A program made the translations under genes and the position numbers. A stretch of 64,000 nucleotides of DNA from a bacterium (lineage in GTDB: Bacteria > JACRDZ01 > JAQUKH01): NCBI GenBank assembly GCA_028719205.1, contig JAQUKH010000002.1, forward strand, positions 1 through 64,000, read 5' to 3'. Positions 18,011 through 27,469 of this stretch are shown here, piece by piece. The notes beneath the pieces are model-generated. The model worked only from the letters and a program-made list of their open reading frames with translations. It did not search any database and was not told the DNA's origin. Position 1 is the stretch's first letter. Each line of letters begins with the position of its first letter.

Positions 18011-20041
18011 TTAATTAAATTTTATTCCTTCTTTTTTACAGAAATCTGTAAATGCTTCTACGATATCGTTTAAGTCGTTATCAACTATTGGTTTTTCTTT
18101 TGTTGGTTCAATTATTTTTCCTTCATTGTTTATAAATTTTCCTTCTCTATTGTTTAACAAGATATAGTTTCCGGAACTATCCTTGCCTGAACGTTCGCTT
18201 GTTGCCATAAATATCGGGTAATCTTCAATCGGTTTACCAGTTATTCCGCCCCATTTTTGCAAAAACAAAACACTCGTCTTTGTTCCCGTAAATGGCTTGA
18301 ATGTATTCACTCCCAAACCTACCACAGCAAGTATTTTTGCTTTTGACATTATCCATTCACGCAATGCTTTTGTTCCAATGTTATTTAAATTACCTTGTGG
18401 TAAAACAATTGCCATTCTCCCGCCGGGTTTTAAAAATCTTAAACATCTCTCAATAAATAAAATATCCCGCTTCATTGAATTTACTTTTTTCTTTTTGTTT
18501 TTACGTTGTTGTTCTTCATCTTCGGTTTCTTCTTCATCGTCAGAAAGTTTTCCTGATTGTCGCAAATCGTATAATTCATAAATTGAGAGTTGTTCTTTTC
18601 CTGTAATTTTTCCGGAGAATGGCGGATTTGTTAATACTATATCAAAATCACCGTCTTTTGTGTCTTTTTTGAATTCACCTATTCTGCCAGATGCTTCTGA
18701 TTTTGCCCACTTTCTAAAATCTAGTGAATCTACGCCAAACACATTTGATTTACCGTCACCGGCAATCAACATCATTACCTTTGCCACTTTTTTTAATTTA
18801 TCATCAAAATCTACAGCAAAAATATAGTTACTGGCATATCTATAAATTTTATCTATATCATTACCCCATTTTTGCTGTTCTCTGATATGTTTTATTGTAT
18901 GGATAAGAAAACCTGCAGAACCGCAGGCTGGGTCAATAACTTTTTCATCTACTTGAGGGTCCATCATTTTAACACACATATCAACTACCATTCTGGGAGT
19001 AAAATACTGGCCTTTTTGCCCTTTTTGTTCCGGATTTATTAAATATTCAAATGCAGCATCTATAACGTCAAGGTCTGCATCGTGAAATCTTAAAGGTTCG
19101 AGAGTGGATGCACATTTTATTAAAGCATCATCTTTAAGTTTCAACACCTCTTCTTTATCAAATATTCCACCCCACCCTGGTCGCTTTTTTGCATCCTGGA
19201 ATAAACCGTTAATAATTTCATAAATTGTATCTGGGTCAGCTTCCGGAACTCTAAATTGCATTGGTGAATCATCTTTTTTCTTTGGATCAAATTCATCGTG
19301 TAATTTTGCAAAAAATAGTTTAAATAATTCATCGAAAACACTACTAACTCCGGCATTTGCTAATGCATCTTCTTCGAGACGCTGGATAGTTTCTTTTAGA
19401 TTTGTAATAACCTTTAAGTCTTTTCTTGTAAGTGGTTTTAAAATATCTTTTAGATATTCACCTTTTTTGGGCAGGCGTGGAATATCACGGTATTTAAAAG
19501 GTTCTCCTTTTGTTTTAGTATCCTCTTCCCGCAACTGCACAATAGTTTTTGAACCATTAGACCAAGCCCCAAATTTTACTCCAGTAGCATTCATGTATGA
19601 TTCTAATTCTTCTATGCCCTCTTTTTCATCAGGCTTTTTAAGTTCAATGATAATATATTTACTTGTGCAAGTATCATTTGTAAAAATTACTATATCTGCC
19701 CTTTTAGTATCATCCGACCCCATCTGTATGGGTTCTTCAACGTTTAGTTGGTTTAATGGATATTTAAGATAATCCCTTATATAAATCAAAAACAACTGTC
19801 GTATAATTTCTTCTGGCCTAGCGGTTTTTTTATTTTTATCATAAACAAAAATATCCTTATTTCTTTTTAAACATTTTACATAAACTTTTCCATCTTCCTT
19901 TTCAAAGAAACTTATTCCCTTAAAAACATCTCGAGGAAATTCTTGTAGGCCATACTTAATTGAAGAATCTTTAAAAACTAAATCAAATATTCCTTCTGTG
20001 CCGATTTTTTCTTTTTGAGGCTTATAAAAAACATTACTCAT
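18011..20041 (-). CDS. Fused restriction endonuclease / N6-adenine methyltransferase (HsdR_N-like plus N6 MTase; type IIB/IIG-like)
   Basis: PEEIIRQ...RADIVIF...IELK nuclease motif; GQYFTP, DPACGSAG, NPPF. Confidence 0.9.
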   Translation of the reverse strand: MSNVFYKPQKEKIGTEGIFDLVFKDSSIKYGLQEFPRDVFKGISFFEKEDGKVYVKCLKRNKDIFVYDKNKKTARPEEIIRQLFLIYIRDYLKYPLNQLNVEEPIQMGSDDTKRADIVIFTNDTCTSKYIIIELKKPDEKEGIEELESYMNATGVKFGAWSNGSKTIVQLREEDTKTKGEPFKYRDIPRLPKKGEYLKDILKPLTRKDLKVITNLKETIQRLEEDALANAGVSSVFDELFKLFFAKLHDEFDPKKKDDSPMQFRVPEADPDTIYEIINGLFQDAKKRPGWGGIFDKEEVLKLKDDALIKCASTLEPLRFHDADLDVIDAAFEYLINPEQKGQKGQYFTPRMVVDMCVKMMDPQVDEKVIDPACGSAGFLIHTIKHIREQQKWGNDIDKIYRYASNYIFAVDFDDKLKKVAKVMMLIAGDGKSNVFGVDSLDFRKWAKSEASGRIGEFKKDTKDGDFDIVLTNPPFSGKITGKEQLSIYELYDLRQSGKLSDDEEETEDEEQQRKNKKKKVNSMKRDILFIERCLRFLKPGGRMAIVLPQGNLNNIGTKALREWIMSKAKILAVVGLGVNTFKPFTGTKTSVLFLQKWGGITGKPIEDYPIFMATSERSGKDSSGNYILLNNREGKFINNEGKIIEPTKEKPIVDNDLNDIVEAFTDFCKKEGIKFN

Positions 20042-20712
20042 ATTATCCCCTTATCTTTAAAACTAAAAAATCCACTCTTTACAACAACAATATGGTCTAT
20101 CACTTCTATCCCCAAGATCCTGCCTGCCTCGACTAATCTCTTATTAATTTCTAAATCGTCTTCAGATGGTTCTGGGTCTCCAGAGGGATGATTATGTGCC
20201 AAAATAATTTGTGCGGCAAGATTCTTGACGGCTGGCTCAAAAACTTCTCGCGGATGGACAAGATTTGCATTAAGGGAACCCACGGAAATAATCTCTCTTT
20301 TTATTTCCTGATTGCGGCTATCAAGATAAAAAATTACAAAATGCTCCTTTTTATGGTCTCTTATATCTTTTAATTCTTTCCAAACATCCTCTGGTTTTAA
20401 ATATAATCCAGCAATTTTATCTTTTAATAATCTTTTCCCTAATTCAAAACAAGCTATAATTTCGCAAGCTTTTGCCGGACCAAGACCAGAGAAATCTTTA
20501 AGTTCTTGATAAGTTAAATTTGGCAGGTTTTCCGCTTTATACTTTTTAAGTATTTTATTTGCTAAATCAACTACATTTTCACCTTTTTTACCAGACCTTA
20601 AAAGAATAGCTAAAAGTTCTGTATTAGAAAGCCGTGTGGGACCATATTGGATTAACTTTTCTCTTGGCCTTTCAATTTTTGGTAAATCTTTTATCTTTTG
20701 ATTATGCAACAT
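20038..20712 (-). CDS. radC: RadC-family JAB-domain protein, full length
   Basis: ERPREKL, ELLAILL.SG, GLGPAKA, HPREVF, HNHPSGDPEPSEDD, DHIVV. Confidence 0.95.
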   Translation of the reverse strand: MLHNQKIKDLPKIERPREKLIQYGPTRLSNTELLAILLRSGKKGENVVDLANKILKKYKAENLPNLTYQELKDFSGLGPAKACEIIACFELGKRLLKDKIAGLYLKPEDVWKELKDIRDHKKEHFVIFYLDSRNQEIKREIISVGSLNANLVHPREVFEPAVKNLAAQIILAHNHPSGDPEPSEDDLEINKRLVEAGRILGIEVIDHIVVVKSGFFSFKDKGII

Positions 20713-20791
20713 TTTAAATATAGTTATTTTTTTAGTTTATTATTTGCTGATTATATAACGAAAATTCTAAAATTCAAAGTTAATGTACAAA

Positions 20792-23095
20792 TTAATAACC
20801 TTTTGCAATATAATTAAGATAAATCCAAATTTGGCCGAGGCTGATCCCGCCGTCATTTGACGGGACAAGTGTATTAAAATAAATATTCAAATGTTTCTTT
20901 TTAAATTCTTCCGTTAACCAATCGGTCAAAACCTTGTTTTGGAACACGCCGCCGCTTAAAAGAATTTTATCCGTTCCGTAAGTTTGAGCCAGAATTTCAC
21001 CAATTTCAGATATAAGTTTTACTATCGTTAAATGAAACTTTTCAGCTATTTTTTCAATAACGGTACCTTTTTTTTTATCATCTAAAATACATGATAATAT
21101 TTGTTTTTGACCTATGATGATCTTTTCTGTTGAATCAAACAGGTGGGCTGAATTTATTTTTTTTAGATCAACAGGATAATATTCTTTTGGTTTATTTCTA
21201 CACAACGATTCTAATTCAATCGCCGCTTGAGCCTCATAGGTTGTTTCATTCCTTAATCCCAGCAAGCAGGCCGCCGCGTCAAAAAATCTTCCCATACTTG
21301 AGGTTAACGGGGAGTTAATATTTGTTTCCGCCATTTTTTTTACGATTTTCAATTTGGAGATATTGTTCTTATCAATAAAATCTATATTACGGTAATCCGT
21401 TAACGCGTACGCGGTCCGCCAAATTTCTTTTACAGTTGTATCTCCGCCGGGCAGCGGGAAATAATCCAAATGAGCTGACCTTAATATTTTATCTTTTGTA
21501 AACGCGAAAAATTCTCCGCCCCAGATATTTCCGTCAAGGCCATAACCGGTACCGTCAAAGGCTACTCCAATAAAGGGAAGTTTTAAATTTTTTTCCGCGG
21601 CAACGCTCGCAACATGAGCTTGATGGTGCTGAATGCCGGAAGGCTCCAATAAATTTTTTAAAGCAAATTGTTTGGCGAAAATAGTGCTAAGATAATTTGG
21701 ATGCAAGTCATGTAAAACGGTTTTAGGTTTAGCGCCTGTTAAGTCAGCCATGCGGGAAAAAGCTTCTTCAAAAAATTCAAGAGTGCTTTTATCATTCAAT
21801 TCTCCGATATATTGGGATAAGAATGCCCTTCCTTTTGTAAAAAGCGCGAAACTGCTTTTCATATCAGCTCCGGCGGCAAATATTTCTTTGTTTTTTAGAG
21901 TGGGATAGATATCAAAGGCATTTGGAACATAGCCTCTGGCGCGCCGGAGGACGCGGATGGATTTTCCCGCGTAGTGAGCTATAGAATCATCGCACCGGTT
22001 AAATATTTCACGGTTATGAATGAGAAAATAGTCAGCGATTTCTCCCAGGTTTTGATAAGCATCATCATTATTACGGCTGATGGGCTCGTTACTTATGTTC
22101 CCGCTGGTCATTATTAACGCGTGAAAATTATTTGCCTTTGAAGGGTAAAAAAGCAAATGATGCAAAGGAGAATAAGGAAGCATTACCCCCAGATATTTAT
22201 TAGCGGGGGCAACATCTTTATATATTTCTGTTTCTGTTTTCTTTTGTAAAAGCAAAATCGGCCGTTCAGGAGAAAGAAGGATCTTTTGTTCTTCTTTATT
22301 GATAAAACATAATTTTCGAACGGCTTTTATATCAGGAGCCATGATCGCAAAGGGTTTATCAGGCCGGTTTTTCCTTTTTCTGAGCTTTAATACCGCTTGT
22401 TTGTTCATAGCGTCACAGCATAAATGAAATCCTCCGATGCCTTTAATAGCTATTATTTTGCCTTTTTTCAGAAGGTCTATAGTTTTATTAACGGGATCGG
22501 AACAATTGATCATTTTTCCTGATTTATCGGTTAAAAGCATCTTTGGTCCGCAGGCCGCGCATGCGTTTGGCTGCGCGTGGAATCTTCTGGTTAGCGGGTC
22601 ATTAAATTCTTTTTGACATCTGGGGCACATCTTAAAGTCAGACATGGTAGTATTTACACGATCGTAAGGGATATCGTATATTATGCTGAACCTGGGCCCG
22701 CAATTGGTGCAGTTTATAAATGGATATAAAAACCGCCTGTTGGAAACCGTGAATAATTCTTTTTTGCAGGGATTGCAGATGCTTATATCCGGGGGGATAA
22801 GAGTGTAATTTTTCCCTGAAATCGTGCTCTGTAAAATTTTAAACGAAGCGAAGCCTTTCAGCGGAAGCTTTTTTATTGAAATATTTTTAATTACCGCCTG
22901 AACAGGCGCGATATTTTTTAAATTTTTAATTAAATAATTTACGGTGTTTGTTTTTCCCTCTACTTCAAGAAAAACTCCGGAAGGTGTATTTTTTATCCAC
23001 CCTCTAATGCCTGATTTTTTTGCCGCGCGGTAAATTGCGGGGCGGAACCCAACGCCCTGAACCCGTCCATGAATAATCAGGCGTAATCTTATCAT
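20792..23095 (-). CDS. hypF: Carbamoyltransferase HypF
   Basis: VQGVGFRP, two Zn fingers, KGIGGFHL, QHHQAH, DGTGYG, NDGGISLGQ. Confidence 0.97.
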   Translation of the reverse strand: MIRLRLIIHGRVQGVGFRPAIYRAAKKSGIRGWIKNTPSGVFLEVEGKTNTVNYLIKNLKNIAPVQAVIKNISIKKLPLKGFASFKILQSTISGKNYTLIPPDISICNPCKKELFTVSNRRFLYPFINCTNCGPRFSIIYDIPYDRVNTTMSDFKMCPRCQKEFNDPLTRRFHAQPNACAACGPKMLLTDKSGKMINCSDPVNKTIDLLKKGKIIAIKGIGGFHLCCDAMNKQAVLKLRKRKNRPDKPFAIMAPDIKAVRKLCFINKEEQKILLSPERPILLLQKKTETEIYKDVAPANKYLGVMLPYSPLHHLLFYPSKANNFHALIMTSGNISNEPISRNNDDAYQNLGEIADYFLIHNREIFNRCDDSIAHYAGKSIRVLRRARGYVPNAFDIYPTLKNKEIFAAGADMKSSFALFTKGRAFLSQYIGELNDKSTLEFFEEAFSRMADLTGAKPKTVLHDLHPNYLSTIFAKQFALKNLLEPSGIQHHQAHVASVAAEKNLKLPFIGVAFDGTGYGLDGNIWGGEFFAFTKDKILRSAHLDYFPLPGGDTTVKEIWRTAYALTDYRNIDFIDKNNISKLKIVKKMAETNINSPLTSSMGRFFDAAACLLGLRNETTYEAQAAIELESLCRNKPKEYYPVDLKKINSAHLFDSTEKIIIGQKQILSCILDDKKKGTVIEKIAEKFHLTIVKLISEIGEILAQTYGTDKILLSGGVFQNKVLTDWLTEEFKKKHLNIYFNTLVPSNDGGISLGQIWIYLNYIAKGY

Positions 23096-24033
23096 TTTTT
23101 ATTTATTAAATCCGGTATAAAAGAACAAACCCTGTTTTTTCCGAGATGTTTAGCCTGGTAAAGGGCAAGGTCAGAGCTCTTAATTAACTCGTCCTTCATT
23201 TGAGCGTCAACCGGATAACAACTTAAACCAATGCTTATAGTCGTCTCAATGTTGTTATATGAAAGATTAGATTTATTGATAGTAACAGGAACCATTAAAC
23301 GAAGCCTATGGGCAAGGATGAGTGCTCCATTTTTATCAGTTTCCGGGAGTATAATAGTAAATTCTTCTCCGCCATATCTGCATACTTGGTCTATATCGCG
23401 GACACTCTGGGAGAAAAATTTTGAGATATTCCTTAAAATACGGTCACCTTCAAAATGGCCCAATGTGTCATTAATGTTCTTGAAATTGTCAATATCGATC
23501 ATTAAAAGTGAGAACCTGTGGGCGAATCGTTTGCTTCGTTTAATTTCTTTTTCCAGCAATTCATGAAAGTGCCGATGGTTAAAAAGTTCGGTTAAACCAT
23601 CCTTATTTGACAGGTCCTTATACTTATCCCTTTCTTTAAAAAGTTTTTGCCTTTCAATAGCCTTATTCAGTATTATCTTTGTGGCTTCTTCATCAAATGG
23701 TGTTGGGATAAAGTCATATGCCCCGGCTTTGAGAGATTCTAAAGCTTCTTTAATTGTGGGAAAACTTGAAGAAACAAGGATGCAATGTTCAGAATTTGTA
23801 TCTTTTATCCGTTTTATAAGCTCGATCCCTTTTATCCCCGGGAATTCGGATTCTGTGATAATAATTCTATACTCTCCTTTAGAAAGCTTATTAACTGCCT
23901 CATTATGATCTTTAGCTTTTTCAAGATGGTAATGGCTTCCCGGCAGGATTTTTTTCAAAAACTTCAGGGTTATATCTTTATTTTCAACGACTAAGATATT
24001 GATCTGATCTGATGAATCAACTAAATTTTTCAT
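23092..24033 (-). CDS. Receiver-domain diguanylate cyclase with atypical receiver
   Basis: REC with VVENK and IITES (Glu at the phospho-Asp position); RDID..GGEEF. Confidence 0.9.
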   Translation of the reverse strand: MKNLVDSSDQINILVVENKDITLKFLKKILPGSHYHLEKAKDHNEAVNKLSKGEYRIIITESEFPGIKGIELIKRIKDTNSEHCILVSSSFPTIKEALESLKAGAYDFIPTPFDEEATKIILNKAIERQKLFKERDKYKDLSNKDGLTELFNHRHFHELLEKEIKRSKRFAHRFSLLMIDIDNFKNINDTLGHFEGDRILRNISKFFSQSVRDIDQVCRYGGEEFTIILPETDKNGALILAHRLRLMVPVTINKSNLSYNNIETTISIGLSCYPVDAQMKDELIKSSDLALYQAKHLGKNRVCSFIPDLINKK

Positions 24034-24046
24034 TAAGTTTTCCTTG

Positions 24047-24697
24047 TTAAAAGTTATATTTTATTCCCGCGTGAGTTCCGCTTAAAAAAAGGGTTTTAGA
24101 GCTCAGGTAACGATAACCGAGAAAAAAGTTTATTTTTTTCCAGTAAAAACCGCAGGTCCAGTCAAAGTCGTAAAACGGCCGCTCATCAAGATATACGTGC
24201 TCCATAGAAAGATTAAACGTAACAGGTTTTTTCGGCAGGAGTTCGTAATTAAATCCAAATGCATATCCGTATATTATTTCTTCCTGTTCCAGGTGTTTTA
24301 AACCTAACTTAATTTCAAAGGCGCTGTATTGGGAAGGGATAGTAATAGGTATGTAATAAAGTGAGTAGAGTTTATATTTAGTTATTAAGTTATTATCTTT
24401 CTTTTTAAGGTCAACGTAATTAAATTCCATGCCGGCAAACGCCTGGTATTTAATTTTAAGGTCGAAATTTATACCGTTTAATGAAGGTGACTGGTAGTGA
24501 AAACTTGTAAGAGCCTCAAAGTGCCAATTAAAACCATTATCTGATTCCTCCAGTAAAAACTTATTGTTTTTATATGGCACTTTTACATATTGCCATTCCG
24601 TAGGTTTTTCTAATGAAAATGTGGGAATAAAGGCATTGGATATTGTGGAAAGAAGTATAATAAAACCAAAAATAAGGGTTAAAATATTTTTAAGCAT
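24047..24697 (-). CDS. Hypothetical outer-membrane beta-barrel protein
   Basis: Signal peptide, aromatic-rich amphipathic strands, ends GIKYNF. Confidence 0.6.
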   Translation of the reverse strand: MLKNILTLIFGFIILLSTISNAFIPTFSLEKPTEWQYVKVPYKNNKFLLEESDNGFNWHFEALTSFHYQSPSLNGINFDLKIKYQAFAGMEFNYVDLKKKDNNLITKYKLYSLYYIPITIPSQYSAFEIKLGLKHLEQEEIIYGYAFGFNYELLPKKPVTFNLSMEHVYLDERPFYDFDWTCGFYWKKINFFLGYRYLSSKTLFLSGTHAGIKYNF

Positions 24698-24762
24698 AAA
24701 TTTTAAAAAGGTTAAAATACTGCTGATTTATTCTACTCTTATAAATTTAAAAAGTCCATATT

Positions 24763-25581
24763 TCATTTTTTTTCTTCAATATTCCGGCTTTTAAAATTTG
24801 TATTTACCAGAGTTCCGGTAATTATGCCAACCGGGGCCTTTGCCTGAATAAAGACAGGCATTCTCATTTCGTCATCGCTGAACCAGACTTTTAGCCGGAC
24901 ATCCTTTTTTAGGTAATTCCGGTCTTTTCCACCGGCTGAAAATTCGATTACGTCAGTCATAAATTCTCCGGCGGGTGTGGAAACCTTTTCTTTTTTTAAA
25001 ACCTGAATCTGTATGATTTCATTCCTTTTGCCGTCGCAATAATAAAAACTCATGATATTTTCTTCTTTGATATTTAAATTTCTGAAATACCATAGAATGG
25101 AAAGCGGGTCTTGTACATTTTCAGGTATCGTGAAAGTAGTGTCCTGCCTTTTAGCGATATGGTTTATCTGGTCAAAATCCACAACCAGATTATCCCGATA
25201 ACGGCCTTCTCTTATATTTTTTACGTACCGCCATGAATACAAATTTATGGCATCAATAAAAGATTCAACGGTACTGTCTACCTTAAAAAAGACTGCCAAT
25301 ACGCCCTCGGTCCATACGTGGTTCATTACATGATATGTTAATTGATTTTGGATCCCGGTTGTTTCTATAACCATTAATTCGGAGGAAGCAACAGTAACTC
25401 CGGCCCATTTTACCTTGTAGGAAAATTTGTCACCCGCGGATATGGTATTTATTTGATAGGCCGGGGCGTTTTTTGATCCATTATCACTTTGTTCATTTAT
25501 TTTATTATCTTCTGTGTCTAGTATTGATGACAATAGAAAGATTGCCAGAACAGTCAAAAATATTGTTATTTTATTATTCAT
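24763..25581 (-). CDS. DUF3108-type exported protein
   Basis: GDK..Y...W.G, QDPLS, TPAGEF, VWFSDD..RMPV. Start reassigned to ATG 25581. Confidence 0.8.
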   Translation of the reverse strand: MNNKITIFLTVLAIFLLSSILDTEDNKINEQSDNGSKNAPAYQINTISAGDKFSYKVKWAGVTVASSELMVIETTGIQNQLTYHVMNHVWTEGVLAVFFKVDSTVESFIDAINLYSWRYVKNIREGRYRDNLVVDFDQINHIAKRQDTTFTIPENVQDPLSILWYFRNLNIKEENIMSFYYCDGKRNEIIQIQVLKKEKVSTPAGEFMTDVIEFSAGGKDRNYLKKDVRLKVWFSDDEMRMPVFIQAKAPVGIITGTLVNTNFKSRNIEEKK

Positions 25582-25610
25582 AAAAATGTTACGTTTTAGT
25601 TTCTCTGTTA

Positions 25611-25646
25611 TTGACATATTATCGGCTAAGAGAGATAATATGTCAA
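25611..25646. promoter_or_regulatory. Perfectly symmetric divergent promoter pair or operator
   Basis: TTGACATATTATC-N10-GATAATATGTCAA; reads TTGACA-17-GATAAT on both strands. Confidence 0.7.
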
Positions 25647-25656
25647 ATATTAAAAA

Positions 25657-26628
25657 ATGTTCGATATGAAAAAAGAAAATATTATTACAGCTGTTTTTAT
25701 ATATATTTTTATTATCTTGCGGTTGTGTTCCGCGCAAGAAAGTAATTCTATATCAGGGAAAGTTAAAGAAATTGACGGCGAGTCTGTTTATATAGAATTC
25801 GATAAGAGCCAAAGCATTAAAAAAGGCACGATATTTGGAATATATGATCCTAATAGAAATCCTGTGGCTGTTTGTGAAATAACAAAATTCCATTTTGGAA
25901 ATAGCTATTTGGCATTTATTCTTGTACAGGTGGATGACGTTAAGGAAGGATATTCCGCTTTATCCAATATTGATGAAGAAAAAAAATTGCGAAAGCAAAT
26001 GGAAAATGGGAAAGGTGAATATTACGATTTTTTTAAAACTTTTGCTATTTCCCGCACATTTAGAGAAACAAGCCCGGAATTAGCTGAAGACTTTCTTTTG
26101 TATCAGCTTTTCACGGAAGCAATAAAATTCTTAAAACTGGATATTTATTATTTCAGGAGATATGATGTAACAAAAAGGGAAGAAGCTGTTCTTAATATGG
26201 GAGAGAAAAAAACACTTGATATATACCGCGATATCATTTCAGAAGGCAAGGTTTTTAATTTTAACCGGGTTAATGGTATGGGTACTATGGAAGTTAAAAT
26301 TAATTTAGGAAAACTTAAAAATAGATTAAGACATCAGGGCTACTCATTAAAGCCTAAGATAATCAGGCTGGTATTTACCCCAAGGACCTTAGCTGATGAC
26401 ATCAGGCTTTTGAGAGAGATATTATTGGAAAATTCGGTATATGTGTCCGTCGAGGAAGCGGAATATCAGGATGTAACCAGTCCTGTATCCTGTATTATTT
26501 ATACAACGCCTAAGATATTAGCGGAAGAAATAAACGGGATCAAGATAGAAAATAACAATATTTTTATTTTAATAAATAAAGTTGAAGGCGATACTATCAA
26601 TTTGGATATAGGCAGTTACAGGCAATAA
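25657..26628 (+). CDS. Exported hypothetical protein
   Basis: 323-aa ORF with signal-peptide-like N-terminus; family not recognised. Confidence 0.7.
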   Translation: MFDMKKENIITAVFIYIFIILRLCSAQESNSISGKVKEIDGESVYIEFDKSQSIKKGTIFGIYDPNRNPVAVCEITKFHFGNSYLAFILVQVDDVKEGYSALSNIDEEKKLRKQMENGKGEYYDFFKTFAISRTFRETSPELAEDFLLYQLFTEAIKFLKLDIYYFRRYDVTKREEAVLNMGEKKTLDIYRDIISEGKVFNFNRVNGMGTMEVKINLGKLKNRLRHQGYSLKPKIIRLVFTPRTLADDIRLLREILLENSVYVSVEEAEYQDVTSPVSCIIYTTPKILAEEINGIKIENNNIFILINKVEGDTINLDIGSYRQ

Positions 26629-26629
26629 A

Positions 26630-27364
26630 TTATTTATTTTGCAGGGACAAAGGCAGTTCAAGTTTATTTTTTTCTAAAAGTGTTTTGTTCAATAGCATAT
26701 CTTTCGTAGTTCCATCGGCCTGAACACGTCCATCGTTTAAAATTATGCATCTTTCGCATACATCCATTATCAAATCCAGGTCGTGGGACACAATAATTTT
26801 TGTATGATGAAATTTTCTTAATAGATTTATGATTTCCCGCCGCGAGTGGTTGTCAAGAAATGAAGACGGTTCGTCCATGACAAGTATATCCGGCTCCATT
26901 GCAAGAATAGTGGCGATGGAAACAGCCCGTTTTTGCCCAAGGGAAAGATGGTGAGACGGACGGCTCTTTAATTCAAGGCACCCCACGATCCTTAGAGATT
27001 CTTCTACTTTTATTTCTACAGCCTCAGGAGAGAGCCCTAAATTTAAAGGGCCGAAAGCCACATCATCAAATACCGTCGGCATAAACAGCTGGTCATCGGG
27101 ATTTTGGAAGACAAGGCCGACATGACGGCGGATCTCCGTTTTTGTTTTTTGTGTTACAGGCGTGCCCCCGATATTGAATGAACCGGATGTTGGCAGGAGA
27201 AATCCGTTCAATTGCAGGATAAGTGTCGATTTCCCCGCGCCGTTAGGGCCGATAATACCCACAGATTCACCATGGTGTATTTCAAAAGATATGCCGTTAA
27301 TGGCTTTTGTTCCGTCAGGATAGGAAAAATGGATATTTTCAGCTTTGATAATATGATGGCTCAT
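26630..27364 (-). CDS. cbiO: ECF transporter ATPase (CbiO/NikO)
   Basis: GPNGAGKST, FQNPDDQLF, DVAFGP.N, MDEP. Confidence 0.92.
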   Translation of the reverse strand: MSHHIIKAENIHFSYPDGTKAINGISFEIHHGESVGIIGPNGAGKSTLILQLNGFLLPTSGSFNIGGTPVTQKTKTEIRRHVGLVFQNPDDQLFMPTVFDDVAFGPLNLGLSPEAVEIKVEESLRIVGCLELKSRPSHHLSLGQKRAVSIATILAMEPDILVMDEPSSFLDNHSRREIINLLRKFHHTKIIVSHDLDLIMDVCERCIILNDGRVQADGTTKDMLLNKTLLEKNKLELPLSLQNK

Positions 27365-27372
27365 CCAACGAA

Positions 27373-27468
27373 CTCCCCCTACCCCCTCTTTAAAAAAAGA
27401 GGGGGTTAAGAATAAAATTTTAACCTCCCCTTTGTCCCCTCCTTGGCAAGGAGGGGATTAGGGGTGGT
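27373..27468. repeat. Composite REP-like palindromic element
   Basis: ACCCCCTCTTT/AAAGAGGGGGT (27381-27406) and TCCCCTCCTTG/CAAGGAGGGGA (27435-27457) inside ACCTCCCCT/AGGGGTGGT. Confidence 0.75.
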
Positions 27469-27469
27469 A

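Larger units (their letters stand above)
15678..20712 (-). mobile_element. Probable acquired defence cassette between hypF and hypC
   Basis: Four co-oriented genes (radC, R-M fusion, S subunit, ORF6N) separate normally adjacent hyp genes; visibly more AT-rich; no integrase or convincing target duplication. Confidence 0.55.

Noticed and set aside
18481-18545. Acidic then basic low-complexity stretch in the methyltransferase
   Set aside because: In-frame flexible loop; no repeat unit or intein motifs.
15622-20791. Direct repeats marking the ends of the R-M cassette
   Set aside because: Only short AT-rich matches (GTTATTTTT, TTATTATTTG), expected by chance.
24763-25737. ORF-track start at 25737
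   Set aside because: It overlaps the divergent gene and the promoter palindrome; ATG 25581 gives a signal peptide.
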